Below, piece after piece: positions 10,048-19,374 of a DNA stretch of 64,000 nucleotides; position 1 is the stretch's first letter, and each line of letters begins with the position of its first letter. The translations under genes and the position numbers were made by a program. The DNA is from Candidatus Tiamatella incendiivivens (GTDB lineage Archaea > Thermoproteota > Thermoprotei_A > Sulfolobales > Acidilobaceae). Location: positions 14,640 to 78,639 of the forward strand of contig WALW01000010.1 of NCBI GenBank assembly GCA_015522635.1, in the 5' to 3' direction. The notes under the pieces were generated by a model. The model did not search any database. It had not been told where the DNA came from and was given only the letters and a program-made list of their open reading frames with translations.

Positions 10048-10851
10048 TTAAAGCTTGATTGCTCCCTCATTAACGAGGGCTTCTAGGAGCTTGTCTGCTA
10101 TCTCCTCGGGGTTGTCGCCCTCTATTATCGTCTGCTTCCTTTGTACTGCTAGTACTCTAGCTTCTAGGATGCTTGATATGCTTGATATATCTAGCCCTAA
10201 GTCACCTAACGTGTATTTTGTCAACGGTTTCTTGAACGCTCTTCTTATTTGTATCAGGGTAGGGAGCCTTGGAGTGTTTATTTCTCTTGTAACGCTTACA
10301 ACTGCAGGTAGGTTGGCTTCGACTTTTTCCATGAAATCTTCTAGGTCTCTTTCAGCGGTTATTTTGTCACCGCTTATCTCTATTTTCTTTGCAAAGCTTA
10401 TGTAAGGTAATCCCAGTAGCGCTGCTAGTCTTCCAGGTACCTGTCCGGTGAACCCGTCTACAGTGGCTTCACCGGCAAGTATGAGCTTCGGGTTTATTCC
10501 TAGCTTGTCTAGGAGGGCTTTTAGTGTAGTAGCTGTGGTAGTGGGGTCTCCTGGGATTAGCTTGTCATCTGCTAGTATATGGGCTTCATCCACTCCCATT
10601 GCAAGAGCTTCTCTTAGACTGCTCTCAGCGTCTTTCATTCTCTTAGCAACAGGCCCCCATGTTAGTACCGCTATTCCAATGATCTTGTCTGCACCAATAG
10701 TTGACTTGATATCACTGGCTACTTGTACTGCGTTTCTATCGATGTCACTGAGTTTTAGAGGTATGGAGTCTACGAGGAGGGTTCCCTGGACGTCTGCTTT
10801 TATCATCCCCGGATTCAGGGCTGGTTTCAATAATACTACAATTTCCGCCAA
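10048..10851 (-). CDS. etfB: Electron transfer flavoprotein beta subunit
   Basis: 267 aa with an ETF-beta-like layout (IVVLLKPALNP, ILAGEATVDGFTGQVPGRLAALLGLPY), immediately upstream of etfA on the same strand. Confidence 0.85.
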   Translation of the reverse strand: MAEIVVLLKPALNPGMIKADVQGTLLVDSIPLKLSDIDRNAVQVASDIKSTIGADKIIGIAVLTWGPVAKRMKDAESSLREALAMGVDEAHILADDKLIPGDPTTTATTLKALLDKLGINPKLILAGEATVDGFTGQVPGRLAALLGLPYISFAKKIEISGDKITAERDLEDFMEKVEANLPAVVSVTREINTPRLPTLIQIRRAFKKPLTKYTLGDLGLDISSISSILEARVLAVQRKQTIIEGDNPEEIADKLLEALVNEGAIKL

Positions 10852-11002
10852 TGACTACACCTCTCTACTTTATATAGCTATAGCCGTGGAATAGGGTGGT
10901 TCCCACTGGTTTATAATGCTTGTTTACATTTTGTAGTCTAGAAATAGGAGATTCAGTGAATTACAAGTGATTGGTGAAGAATATGAGGGGAATGTTGTTT
11001 GT

Positions 11003-12751
11003 TTAGCTTTCTGCATTACTCATTTTACGGAGCTCTTCGTCTCTTAGCATTCTTCTCAGAATTTTACCTACAGCAGTTTTAGGGAGGTCATCTCTGAATT
11101 CCACCACTTTAGGAACCTTGTAGTCCGCAAGGCCCTTCTTAGCGAACTCTATAATTTCTCCGGGCTTTACCTTGCCTTTACACTCGTCTTTGAGTACTAC
11201 GAAAGCCTTTACATATTCGAACCATTCTTTGTGCGGTGCTCCTATGACTGCTGCTTCTTTCACACAAGGATGCCTATATAAGACTTCCTCTACCTCTCGC
11301 GGGAAGATACTATACCCCTTGTATTTTATGAGGTCCTTCTTCCTGTCTACAATATAGAAGTAGCCTTCATCATCCATCTTCGCTATATCTCCTGTTCTAA
11401 CCCACTTGTATTCACAGCATTCAAAGAAGGCAGAATCATTTTCTTCAGGCATATCTTTATAACCGAGCATTACTTGTGGCCCGGCTATGACAAGTTCCCC
11501 CTCCTTGCCTGGAGGCAGGATTTCGGGTTCTTCTATATCTGCAACGGCTGCTATTGCATTAGGGACAGGTAATCCTATACTACCATGCTTTGCCTTACCC
11601 ATTATCGGGTTGACGTGTGTAACAGGGCTTGTCTCCGTTAAACCATAGCCTTCCCGTAATTTGGCTCCCGTCAGCTCCTCAAACTTCTCTGCAACCGCGA
11701 CTGGTAAAGGTGCCGCTCCACTGATACAGGCTTCGAGGCTGCCTAGATTAAACTCCTTTACCATAGGATGATTAACTATAACTTGATACATCAATGGAAC
11801 TCCATGGAATAAATTAGGCTTATGCTTATCTATTCCCTTCATTACCTCTATAACATCCCACTTAGGATAGACCAAAATGGTTGCAGCCCTAAGCATCGCC
11901 GAGTTCAACACGGCGCTCTGTCCATATATATGGAACCATGGGAGAACCCCCATCATAATGTCTCTAGCCTTGTTTCCCCTCTTATACCATGAGTCTACTT
12001 GGTAAGCGTTAGATACCAAGTTGAAGTGTGAGAGCATAGCGGGCTTCGGTAAACCAGTTGTTCCGCCGGTGAACATTAATGCTGCGATGTCTTTTTTCGG
12101 GTCAACTTCTGAGAGTTTTTCAATGGGCTTAAATCCTTTGAAAACGTCTTTCAGGAAGGCTATTCCATTTTCTCTCCGTATTTTCGGTATTTCCTTCCTC
12201 ATCTTTACCCTGTAAAGAAAACCACCTAGCCCAGGTAGGAAATCATCTAATCCTGTATATATTATAGTTTCTACATTAATGCCTGCGGTATCTATTTTGT
12301 TCTTAAAAATGTCCAGGGCTACCATTACTCTAGCTTTTGTTTTCCTCGCCTGATGCTCTATTTCTCTTGGTGTGTAAAGCACATTCATCGGTGAAACAGT
12401 TGCCCCGGCAATTAGTGTGCCATAGTAAGCGATAGCGAACTGAGGCGAGTTAGGCAACATTAAGAGTACAACATCCCCCTTCTCGACACGTTTATTTTCT
12501 AGGAAAGACGCGAATCTCTTTGCTTTATCAAAGAGTTCACTGTAACTTAAGTCTCTCCTAAGAAGGGAGCTGGTTTTTCCACCGTAGAAAATCATTGCCC
12601 TATGGCTTGGATATTTTTGGGCGGAATCTACTAGGAACTGGTAAAGCGGTATTTCCGGGATCTCTATCTCCGGCGGAACATCTGGATCGTAATTCTTTAT
12701 CCAGGGTTTCTCAAGGTAACCCTTTGCAGCTTTCTCACTCAATACATGCAC
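11003..12751 (-). CDS. AMP-forming acyl-CoA synthetase (long/medium-chain fatty acid-CoA ligase)
   Basis: 582 aa with the AMP-binding signature MFTGGTTGLPKPAMLSH, then GYGLTETSP, TGDIAKMDDEGYFYIVDRKKDLIK and PKTAVGKILRR. Confidence 0.9.
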   Translation of the reverse strand: MHVLSEKAAKGYLEKPWIKNYDPDVPPEIEIPEIPLYQFLVDSAQKYPSHRAMIFYGGKTSSLLRRDLSYSELFDKAKRFASFLENKRVEKGDVVLLMLPNSPQFAIAYYGTLIAGATVSPMNVLYTPREIEHQARKTKARVMVALDIFKNKIDTAGINVETIIYTGLDDFLPGLGGFLYRVKMRKEIPKIRRENGIAFLKDVFKGFKPIEKLSEVDPKKDIAALMFTGGTTGLPKPAMLSHFNLVSNAYQVDSWYKRGNKARDIMMGVLPWFHIYGQSAVLNSAMLRAATILVYPKWDVIEVMKGIDKHKPNLFHGVPLMYQVIVNHPMVKEFNLGSLEACISGAAPLPVAVAEKFEELTGAKLREGYGLTETSPVTHVNPIMGKAKHGSIGLPVPNAIAAVADIEEPEILPPGKEGELVIAGPQVMLGYKDMPEENDSAFFECCEYKWVRTGDIAKMDDEGYFYIVDRKKDLIKYKGYSIFPREVEEVLYRHPCVKEAAVIGAPHKEWFEYVKAFVVLKDECKGKVKPGEIIEFAKKGLADYKVPKVVEFRDDLPKTAVGKILRRMLRDEELRKMSNAES

Positions 12752-12857
12752 CTCTCGCTTGATATTATAAAGCCTAGAATCGTTTTGTATGTCATAGGAG
12801 TATAAATGGAATAACCGTTATAAACTGGGGTTGGAATAGAGTTATCCTGGATGCCTT

Positions 12858-12933
12858 GCCGCCGTAGCTCAGCTGGGAGAGCGCCCGGCTGAAGACCGGG
12901 CGGTCCGGGGTTCAACTCCCCGCGGCGGCACCA
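12858..12933 (+). tRNA. tRNA-Phe (anticodon GAA), CCA encoded
   Basis: GCCGCCG-TA-GCTCAGCTGGGAGAGC-G-CCCGG-CTGAAGA-CCGGG-CGGTC-CGGGGTTCAACTCCCCG-CGGCGGC-A-CCA folds as a canonical cloverleaf. TTATAAA lies ~35 nt upstream. Confidence 0.9.
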
Positions 12934-13460
12934 TTTCCAGCGCTGTCTTCTACAAATCCGATTAAAAGCAATTTATCTATAGATTCTATGTACAGAATAC
13001 TCCGGCATTTTCTATAGGTACTCAAGTATTTACGTACTATAGAAATCACTGTTTTCTCCAGGTGTTTCAAAGATCCTCTCAAGGATATCAACAAGTTAAC
13101 GCAATCTCCGTTTAGGATAGCCTTCACAAACTTCTCTATAAACTTGGGGATTTCGTCAGGCTCTTCTAACAGATAGCAGTCTGAGACTGGTATGACTTTA
13201 TCAATGCTTGTCAGAATTTCATTTTCTACTAACCTATAGGCTCTAGATGGATCAACCTTTGTATAAACTAGGAGAACTCCTCTGTAAGGGGTTCTTTCTA
13301 TGCTTACGTTAATGTCATATGGAAACAGGATGTCGCCTACTTCTTGCTCTGCCCAATACTCTTTTCCAGCTTGGTGGTGGATAATGAGTGCTGGGCAGCG
13401 TAGGGGCATATTTCTCTCAGGGGGCACTCCTTGCATTTCGGATTCCTCGCAGTACACCAT
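12912..13460 (-). CDS. Hypothetical protein (possibly THUMP-like); start uncertain (M9 at 13436 or M18 at 13409)
   Basis: 182-aa ORF with non-repetitive composition. Its 3' end overlaps tRNA-Phe on the opposite strand and its 5' end overlaps the nth 3' end. The family assignment is only a weak impression. Confidence 0.35.
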   Translation of the reverse strand: MVYCEESEMQGVPPERNMPLRCPALIIHHQAGKEYWAEQEVGDILFPYDINVSIERTPYRGVLLVYTKVDPSRAYRLVENEILTSIDKVIPVSDCYLLEEPDEIPKFIEKFVKAILNGDCVNLLISLRGSLKHLEKTVISIVRKYLSTYRKCRSILYIESIDKLLLIGFVEDSAGNGAAAGS

Positions 13461-14110
13461 TTCCTACCTAAGGCTATAACAAGTTTATGTGCTCTTACTA
13501 GATCCTCTCCTTCGAAGAACTCGGTGAGTGCCCTGCTTATTTTCTTGTAGTTATTAGACTTTGTTAAACACCATCGCTGGGATATTCTTTTTGCGTGGGT
13601 ATCAACAGCGAAGACTTTTTCCCTTCTCATTTGGGACAGGAAAACATCCAGCGTCTTCTTGCCTATTCCAGGCATCTTTTTAAGTATCCTCCTCAGCTCC
13701 TCCGGTGGCAGTTCTACTAGTATTTTTTCGCCCCCTAGTTCTTGGATACATTTGGCTACTTCAACTATCCATTTTGATTTTTGACTGGATAATCCCGCAG
13801 GGCGTATAGGCAGCTCGATCAGCTCAGGTCCTAGCTCGATCACTCGTTTTGGCGTGATATTTCCTCTGAGGAGTTTGTGAAGCCTTGTATATGCATATAT
13901 TGCAGCTTTGTCTGTTGTATTTTGGCTTAATATTACAGCTACTAATAGGGCGAACGGGTTTCCATTGAGTTTTTTGGATACTAGGCTGACAAATTCGTCT
14001 TCTCTTATCTCAAGTCCTGATTTACCTAAGAGTTCAATGACTTTATGCCCAGTGAAACCTTCGGGTTTAAAGCATTCTTTATTGTTGTCACTAATACTTT
14101 TCAAAGCCAT
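13337..14110 (-). CDS. nth: Endonuclease III / HhH-GPD DNA glycosylase
   Basis: ILSQNTTD, HhH PGIGKKTLDVFL, VDTHAKRI, and a C-terminal 4Fe-4S loop CTARNPKCKECPLREIC (C-x6-C-x2-C-x5-C). Confidence 0.85.
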   Translation of the reverse strand: MALKSISDNNKECFKPEGFTGHKVIELLGKSGLEIREDEFVSLVSKKLNGNPFALLVAVILSQNTTDKAAIYAYTRLHKLLRGNITPKRVIELGPELIELPIRPAGLSSQKSKWIVEVAKCIQELGGEKILVELPPEELRRILKKMPGIGKKTLDVFLSQMRREKVFAVDTHAKRISQRWCLTKSNNYKKISRALTEFFEGEDLVRAHKLVIALGRKWCTARNPKCKECPLREICPYAAQHSLSTTKLEKSIGQSKK

Positions 14111-14159
14111 CCTCCTATAATCTAGCCTTTTCTCTTATTTCTACTGTTGTATAAATATA

Positions 14160-14723
14160 CTATTTAACCTGTGAGCAATTTAGCATATCGATTATATATC
14201 TTGCTATAATACCTGAAACCCTTCTGTCCTTCATGTATTTCCTTAGGCAAGGCATTTCCTCTAGGAGTTTATCAGTGTATTCGTAGTTTAATTTCCTCTG
14301 GCCAGATGCTAGGAGTCTTAGATAGAACTCGGCTTTGGGTGTTATTTCACGGATGCAGTTCCTTAATGAGATATAGTCTGTGAATACCGTTTCCACAGAT
14401 TCTTCCATGAAGACTTTCAGCTCAATAGGATCTACAGTGAACATGTCATCTAGGAATACTAGTTCGACACCCAATTGTTCCGCTAGTTCTAGTACTTCAT
14501 CGTTGGAATAGCTTCTAGCAACTAAGAGTGGTTTACAACCGGTTATTCTCGAGTTGACGTATGCTTGCCTGACACCGTTAATATCGGCATAGCCGGATTT
14601 TACTTCTACAGCCCAGCAACCTCCTTTCCCATCCCTCGCCAGTATGTCTACTTCCCCTATTTCCCTACCGTTTCTCTCTATTCTTAGATTCGTGTCTTCT
14701 ATAGTGTAGCCTTTCGACTCCAA
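14160..14723 (-). CDS. PD-(D/E)xK nuclease-fold protein (YraN/Hjc-like core) with C-terminal helical extension
   Basis: GEVDILARDGKGGCWAVEVKSG matches the D...E-x-K nuclease core. The TTG start is only putative (see findings). Confidence 0.5.
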   Translation of the reverse strand: MESKGYTIEDTNLRIERNGREIGEVDILARDGKGGCWAVEVKSGYADINGVRQAYVNSRITGCKPLLVARSYSNDEVLELAEQLGVELVFLDDMFTVDPIELKVFMEESVETVFTDYISLRNCIREITPKAEFYLRLLASGQRKLNYEYTDKLLEEMPCLRKYMKDRRVSGIIARYIIDMLNCSQVK

Positions 14724-14890
14724 TAGTTTTACGGCTGTCCTGATGCTGGCTTTTTCCCTTCTATGATGGGATATGTTCTGGGGCAGCTACTATCACCTGT
14801 TTACATGGGATATGATATGACAATGCTTATATATTAACCAAAACAAATGGAGATAGGTACAAAAATGAATGAAGGTATAATGCCTTCGAG

Positions 14891-15169
14891 GTGAATGAAT
14901 TGAAGTTTTGCCCGAAGTGCGGCTCAGTAATGGTGGTTGTCAGGAAAGAAGGGAAGCTGTATTACCAGTGTACTAGATGTGGTTACATGGAGCCTGTGAA
15001 GAAGGGTGAGTCTATGAAGATTGTTGAGAGGGCTGATAAGAAAAAGAAGGTTGTTTCAACAAAGTCAGTAGCTGAGAACACGGCTATAATGAGGAGTAGA
15101 GAAGAGATTCAACAAGAGATAGAGGAGTATTATGAGCAGGTGCTTGACCAGTTAGCTGATGAATACTGA
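14891..15169 (+). CDS. Zn-ribbon protein resembling only the N-terminal domain of RpoM/TFS (RPB9 family), with acidic C-terminal tail
   Basis: KFCPKCGSVM...YQCTRCGY forms a 4-Cys ribbon. GGTGA at 14890-14894 precedes TTG 14900, which would give the classical MKFCPKCG N-terminus. There is no second TFIIS-type ribbon. Confidence 0.6.
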   Translation: MNELKFCPKCGSVMVVVRKEGKLYYQCTRCGYMEPVKKGESMKIVERADKKKKVVSTKSVAENTAIMRSREEIQQEIEEYYEQVLDQLADEY

Positions 15170-15186
15170 AAAACCCCCGTTACTAT

Positions 15187-15876
15187 TTATAGTTTACTAA
15201 GTTCCTTGCTTGCTTCTTCTATGTCTTTATGGGTATCTATGCTTTTCCAGAAGATTCCCTCATACCTTACTGTGGCCAGGGCACCTTCATACGCTAATTC
15301 GGGGAAGCCGCGTCTTTCAACATCTCCCAGCTCTGGGAGGTAGTCGAATACGTTGGGTGTCATAACATATACTCCTCCATTAATCCAGTAGTCAGGTATG
15401 TATGGTTTCTCTATGAACTTCTTTATTAGATCGCCTTCAATGTCGAGTATTCCATACGGGCTTCTAAGCGGGACGGCTGCTAGTGCTGCATATACTTTCT
15501 TTTCTCTCACCTTGTTCATGAGAGGTTTAGGGTCTAGGTTTGTTATGATGTCACCGTTTAGTACGAGGAATAGTTCTTCCGATTTCAGGATGTGTTCAGC
15601 GTTTTTTAAAGCGCCAGCTGTACCTCTGGGTTCCTCCTCTATTACATAGGTAGCTCTTATTCCAAGCCTGTTCCCACTACCTATTCTCTCAATTATTTTT
15701 TCCTTCTGATATCCGACGAGTAAAACTATGTTTGTAACTCCGTGATTCCTAAGCCATTCAATTTGGTGTTCGAGTATGGGTTTGCCTGCTACTTCTACTA
15801 ATGGTTTAGGTATGGTTTCCGTTATCGGTCTGAGCCGTTTACCGTATCCTCCGGCTAGAATAGCCGCCATAACCAT
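15187..15876 (-). CDS. Sugar-phosphate nucleotidyltransferase (NDP-sugar pyrophosphorylase)
   Basis: N-terminal signature AAILAGGYGKRLRPITETIPKPLVEVAGKPILEHQIEWL in a 229-aa single-domain protein. Confidence 0.8.
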   Translation of the reverse strand: MVMAAILAGGYGKRLRPITETIPKPLVEVAGKPILEHQIEWLRNHGVTNIVLLVGYQKEKIIERIGSGNRLGIRATYVIEEEPRGTAGALKNAEHILKSEELFLVLNGDIITNLDPKPLMNKVREKKVYAALAAVPLRSPYGILDIEGDLIKKFIEKPYIPDYWINGGVYVMTPNVFDYLPELGDVERRGFPELAYEGALATVRYEGIFWKSIDTHKDIEEASKELSKL

Positions 15877-16037
15877 GGCTGTTTCACCGTTTCTATATTA
15901 TTAGTTTCAATTATATCATAATAAGTATTGGATAGGTCTCTTAGTGAAGTTATATTGTCCCGTTATATGTAAATAATACTAGCCTTTATTACTTTCAGTC
16001 AGCTGGGAAACTTTCATATAATAGGGTGGTGTAATTA

Positions 16038-17246
16038 TTGAGGCTCTTTAAGGACTACATGGTCTTCACAGAATCATACATACCGCCAAACCTTGTGAAT
16101 AGGGAGGAGAAGCTCAGCAGGTTAGTTGACTTCTATAGGTACATGACTGAGTCTCCCGGAGAATTCTCTCGAATAGCTGTAATATATGGTACAGTGCGAG
16201 GCAGATCAGGTATAGGAAAAACTACTCTGGCAAAATTAACTGCTAAAAGAATATCGGAGTTAGCTGCTAGGAACGGGTATAGGATAAGACCAGTGTATGT
16301 CAACGTTTATTCTATGACTGGTGTGAATCAGATACTAACTTCTATAATAAACCAACTGGGCATTAAAGGAATCAAACCCAGGGGCAGTAGTCCCATTGAA
16401 CTAATGAAGGCCATTCTAGACGATACGTTGAGCAAGGATTACTATGTAATGCTGACAATAGATGAGATACAGTCTATACTCAAAAGAAGAGGCTTCAATG
16501 AAGAGCAATTGATATACTTATTCTTTAGATACACGGAAATCTTTGAAGGTGTAGTGGATGCGTATAGGATTTATCCCCTACTAGTTGTTTTCGACATGAT
16601 CGAATGGGGTAAAATGCCTGGGCAACTCAGGTCAATGGTTGGCTTAGAAGTAGGCTTACAGCCTTACAAATCATATGAGCTGTATGACATATTATATGAT
16701 AGAATTGAGAGAGGCTTAGTGGACCCTGTTATGTTCCCTCCAGCACTAGTAGAGATGATCACAGACTACTTGGGATACGATAAAAGCGGGGAAGGTAACG
16801 CTAGGACAGCGATTAACGTCGCACGCCAGGCTGTTGAAGCAACCGAAACCAAAGGAGACGACTTGATTAGAGAGGAATATGTTAGAGAAGCCTTGTCCAT
16901 GGTGGGGACATTCAAGATCTCGGAATACAGTGTGGAGAGCTTGGGATTGCACCAGAAAATACTGCTCTACGCTCTCTCACTCCTAAGCCTCAAGACGGAG
17001 GGTGACTGGATTACTATGGGCGTATTAGAAGAGGAGTACAAAACAGTATGTGAATGGTTGAATGAGAAGCCAAGGGTTCACAGCCAGTTATTCGAGTATA
17101 TCAAGGAACTATCATTCAAAGGCCTACTACAAACAAGCCTTTCGGGGAAAGGCATGAGGGGGAGGACAACGCTTATCAGGATATCACCAGATATCCCTGT
17201 TAGTCCTCTTAAGATGCTACTAGAAAAAGAGTTACACCTGGTTTGA
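16038..17246 (+). CDS. Orc1/Cdc6-type AAA+ initiator protein (somewhat divergent)
   Basis: ESYIPPNLVNREEKLSRL, Walker A GRSGIGKTT, Walker B MLTIDEIQ, sensor-2-like GNARTAINVARQA, and a C-terminal winged helix ending GKGMRGRTTLIRI. Confidence 0.8.
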   Translation: MRLFKDYMVFTESYIPPNLVNREEKLSRLVDFYRYMTESPGEFSRIAVIYGTVRGRSGIGKTTLAKLTAKRISELAARNGYRIRPVYVNVYSMTGVNQILTSIINQLGIKGIKPRGSSPIELMKAILDDTLSKDYYVMLTIDEIQSILKRRGFNEEQLIYLFFRYTEIFEGVVDAYRIYPLLVVFDMIEWGKMPGQLRSMVGLEVGLQPYKSYELYDILYDRIERGLVDPVMFPPALVEMITDYLGYDKSGEGNARTAINVARQAVEATETKGDDLIREEYVREALSMVGTFKISEYSVESLGLHQKILLYALSLLSLKTEGDWITMGVLEEEYKTVCEWLNEKPRVHSQLFEYIKELSFKGLLQTSLSGKGMRGRTTLIRISPDIPVSPLKMLLEKELHLV

Positions 17247-17503
17247 TAATAATGGGCATCGAAGACGTTCTCTCGAGCAGGGGAAGGATAAGGATTATTA
17301 AGATACTATTGAAGTATGGGGCGACAAACATAAACACGTTGATTAGGGAATCAGGGTTAACCCACAAACTCGTATCGAAATACATCTCTGAATTAAAGGA
17401 GGAAAACCTCATCGCAGAGAGGAGGTACGGACGGCTCAGGGTTATCGAAATTAACTATCAAAACCCGAAGATTTCCATGCTTAAAATGCTCCTCGAGGAA
17501 TAA
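17243..17503 (+). CDS. Small winged-helix (ArsR-like) DNA-binding protein
   Basis: 86 aa. RIRIIKILLKYGATNINTLIRESGLTHKLVSKYISELKEENLI looks like an HTH followed by a wing. ATGA overlap with the orc1/cdc6 stop. Confidence 0.55.
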   Translation: MIIMGIEDVLSSRGRIRIIKILLKYGATNINTLIRESGLTHKLVSKYISELKEENLIAERRYGRLRVIEINYQNPKISMLKMLLEE

Positions 17504-17525
17504 ACTATAACCGGTGTAAGAAGTC

Positions 17526-17984
17526 TTGAGTAAAACAAATGGAATGATAGATGTTACAGAGAAACCCGAAGTCTACAGGGAGGCTACTGCTTCCGGAGTA
17601 ATCAGGCTGAAGCCTGCTACAGTCTCCAAAATACTTAAGGGGGAAATAGAAAAGGGAGACGTGCTCACTACAGCGAGAGTAGCAGGCCTACTAGCAGTTA
17701 AGAATACTCCTCAGATCATCCCGCATTGCCATCCCATACCCTATACAGGAATAACTGTAATGTTCAACGTGGTAGGAGAGGATAGGATTAAAGCTACAGT
17801 TAGAGTGAGAACAACATGGAAAACGGGTGTTGAAATGGATGCATTAACCGGCGTCATGGCTTCTCTACTCACTATATGGGACATGGTAAAGAAATACGAG
17901 AAAGACGAGTCAGGTAACTACCCCGAGACTTTCATAGAACAGGTCAGGGTGGAGGAGAAAGTCAAATCTAGAATAAAGGCTTGA
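17526..17984 (+). CDS. moaC: Cyclic pyranopterin monophosphate synthase accessory protein MoaC
   Basis: MIDVTEKPEVYREA, TARVAGLLAVKNTPQIIPHCHPIP, TGVEMDALTGV. The likely true start is ATG 17544. Confidence 0.85.
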   Translation: MSKTNGMIDVTEKPEVYREATASGVIRLKPATVSKILKGEIEKGDVLTTARVAGLLAVKNTPQIIPHCHPIPYTGITVMFNVVGEDRIKATVRVRTTWKTGVEMDALTGVMASLLTIWDMVKKYEKDESGNYPETFIEQVRVEEKVKSRIKA

Positions 17985-19368
17985 ATTTAGCATCCTTACC
18001 TGATTTCCTTTTCTTACTAGATCTTCTCCTACTCGTAGAAGCCTTCTCTGTCGTTAAAGTTTGCACGGCCTCCTTACTAGCTTCCTTGCTATATCTCAGT
18101 GACTCCATTACCTCCTTAATCTCACGGCTACGGCTTCCAGCTAGGAAGTCAACCATCTTATCCTCTAACTCCAAGCCTAAAGCAAGCCTAGCAGGTATAC
18201 TAGGGTCTTGACTATACCTAAATATTACGGTAAGATAGGGCAGGACTTCAGACTTAACCCTCCTCCTGGACTCAAGAACCCGGTGACCTATCAGCCTAGC
18301 CAGGTTTTCCCTCCTCTCTCTAGCTTCCTTACTCCTACCCATCAACTTTATCTTATCAGGGTATCCAAACCTGTCTTTTTTAAGCGGTCCATACTTTCTT
18401 GCGAAAGCGACACCCGGGCCTATATAGTCGAATACGTATGAGAGGAGTTCCCAGAATACTTTGAACTTGGCTCGAGAAAGCATGATGTCAGCCCTTGATA
18501 GAGAGTCAAACCCTCTATAAAGATCTCGCGGATCACCGAATTTACGCGACATGTTATCATTAATCCAAGCCATAACGGTCTCATAATCCTCTTCACTGCT
18601 CGTAACAGCGTTCTTCGCTACCCAAGCGTATCTAGCATAGAATATTCTCATCAATGTCTTGAAGATGTCTATACTCTTGTATCTCTCCCTAACAAGTGCA
18701 GCTACAAGATCTAATGTAGCTTTCCCATACCCTTCTCCAACGTTTTGCAGGTCATTTATAGCTGCTCTCAGATCTCCTCCAGCCTTATCAGCTATATATG
18801 ATAATGCCTGATCTTCACACTCTAATTTCTCTATACTACAGATCTTTTTCAGAATCCTGATTATATCCCTCTTACCGAGTGGTTTGAACTGTATCAATAG
18901 GACTTTATCACGAAGCGGTCTAAGCTTATCCTGCCAAGGATTATTTGCAGTCATAACTATGGGGTTCCTAGTATATTCGATAATCCTGTTTATAGCTTCA
19001 ACCCCACCGTAATCCTCTCTACCGGCTATACCATCAACCTCATCTAGGAGTATAATATACCCCTTCTTGAACAGGCTTCTCCTAGTTGCTGCTGCCCCCA
19101 CTATTCTTTCCACATCCTGTTTCCTCCTGAAATCACTAGCATTCAGCTCGACTACTTCGAAATCATAACTCCTAGCTAGTGCTTCAACGAGACTGGTTTT
19201 ACCGACACCGGGCGGTCCCCATAGGAGCACTCCTCTCTTGGGCGGTATACGGCCTTCAGCCCATTCATCGATCCATGGGATAAGAACTTTCTTAGCCTGG
19301 TCTTGGTTAATTACCTCTTCAACCCTACGCGGGCGATACTTGATGATCCAGGGAATTCTTTTAGCCAC
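17968..19368 (-). CDS. rfcL: Replication factor C large subunit
   Basis: IPWIIKYRPRRVEEV, P-loop LLWGPPGVGKTS, Walker B ILLDEVDG, and a basic C-terminal tail. It lies directly downstream of rfcS. Confidence 0.9.
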   Translation of the reverse strand: MAKRIPWIIKYRPRRVEEVINQDQAKKVLIPWIDEWAEGRIPPKRGVLLWGPPGVGKTSLVEALARSYDFEVVELNASDFRRKQDVERIVGAAATRRSLFKKGYIILLDEVDGIAGREDYGGVEAINRIIEYTRNPIVMTANNPWQDKLRPLRDKVLLIQFKPLGKRDIIRILKKICSIEKLECEDQALSYIADKAGGDLRAAINDLQNVGEGYGKATLDLVAALVRERYKSIDIFKTLMRIFYARYAWVAKNAVTSSEEDYETVMAWINDNMSRKFGDPRDLYRGFDSLSRADIMLSRAKFKVFWELLSYVFDYIGPGVAFARKYGPLKKDRFGYPDKIKLMGRSKEARERRENLARLIGHRVLESRRRVKSEVLPYLTVIFRYSQDPSIPARLALGLELEDKMVDFLAGSRSREIKEVMESLRYSKEASKEAVQTLTTEKASTSRRRSSKKRKSGKDAKFKPLF

Positions 19369-19374
19369 CGCTTA

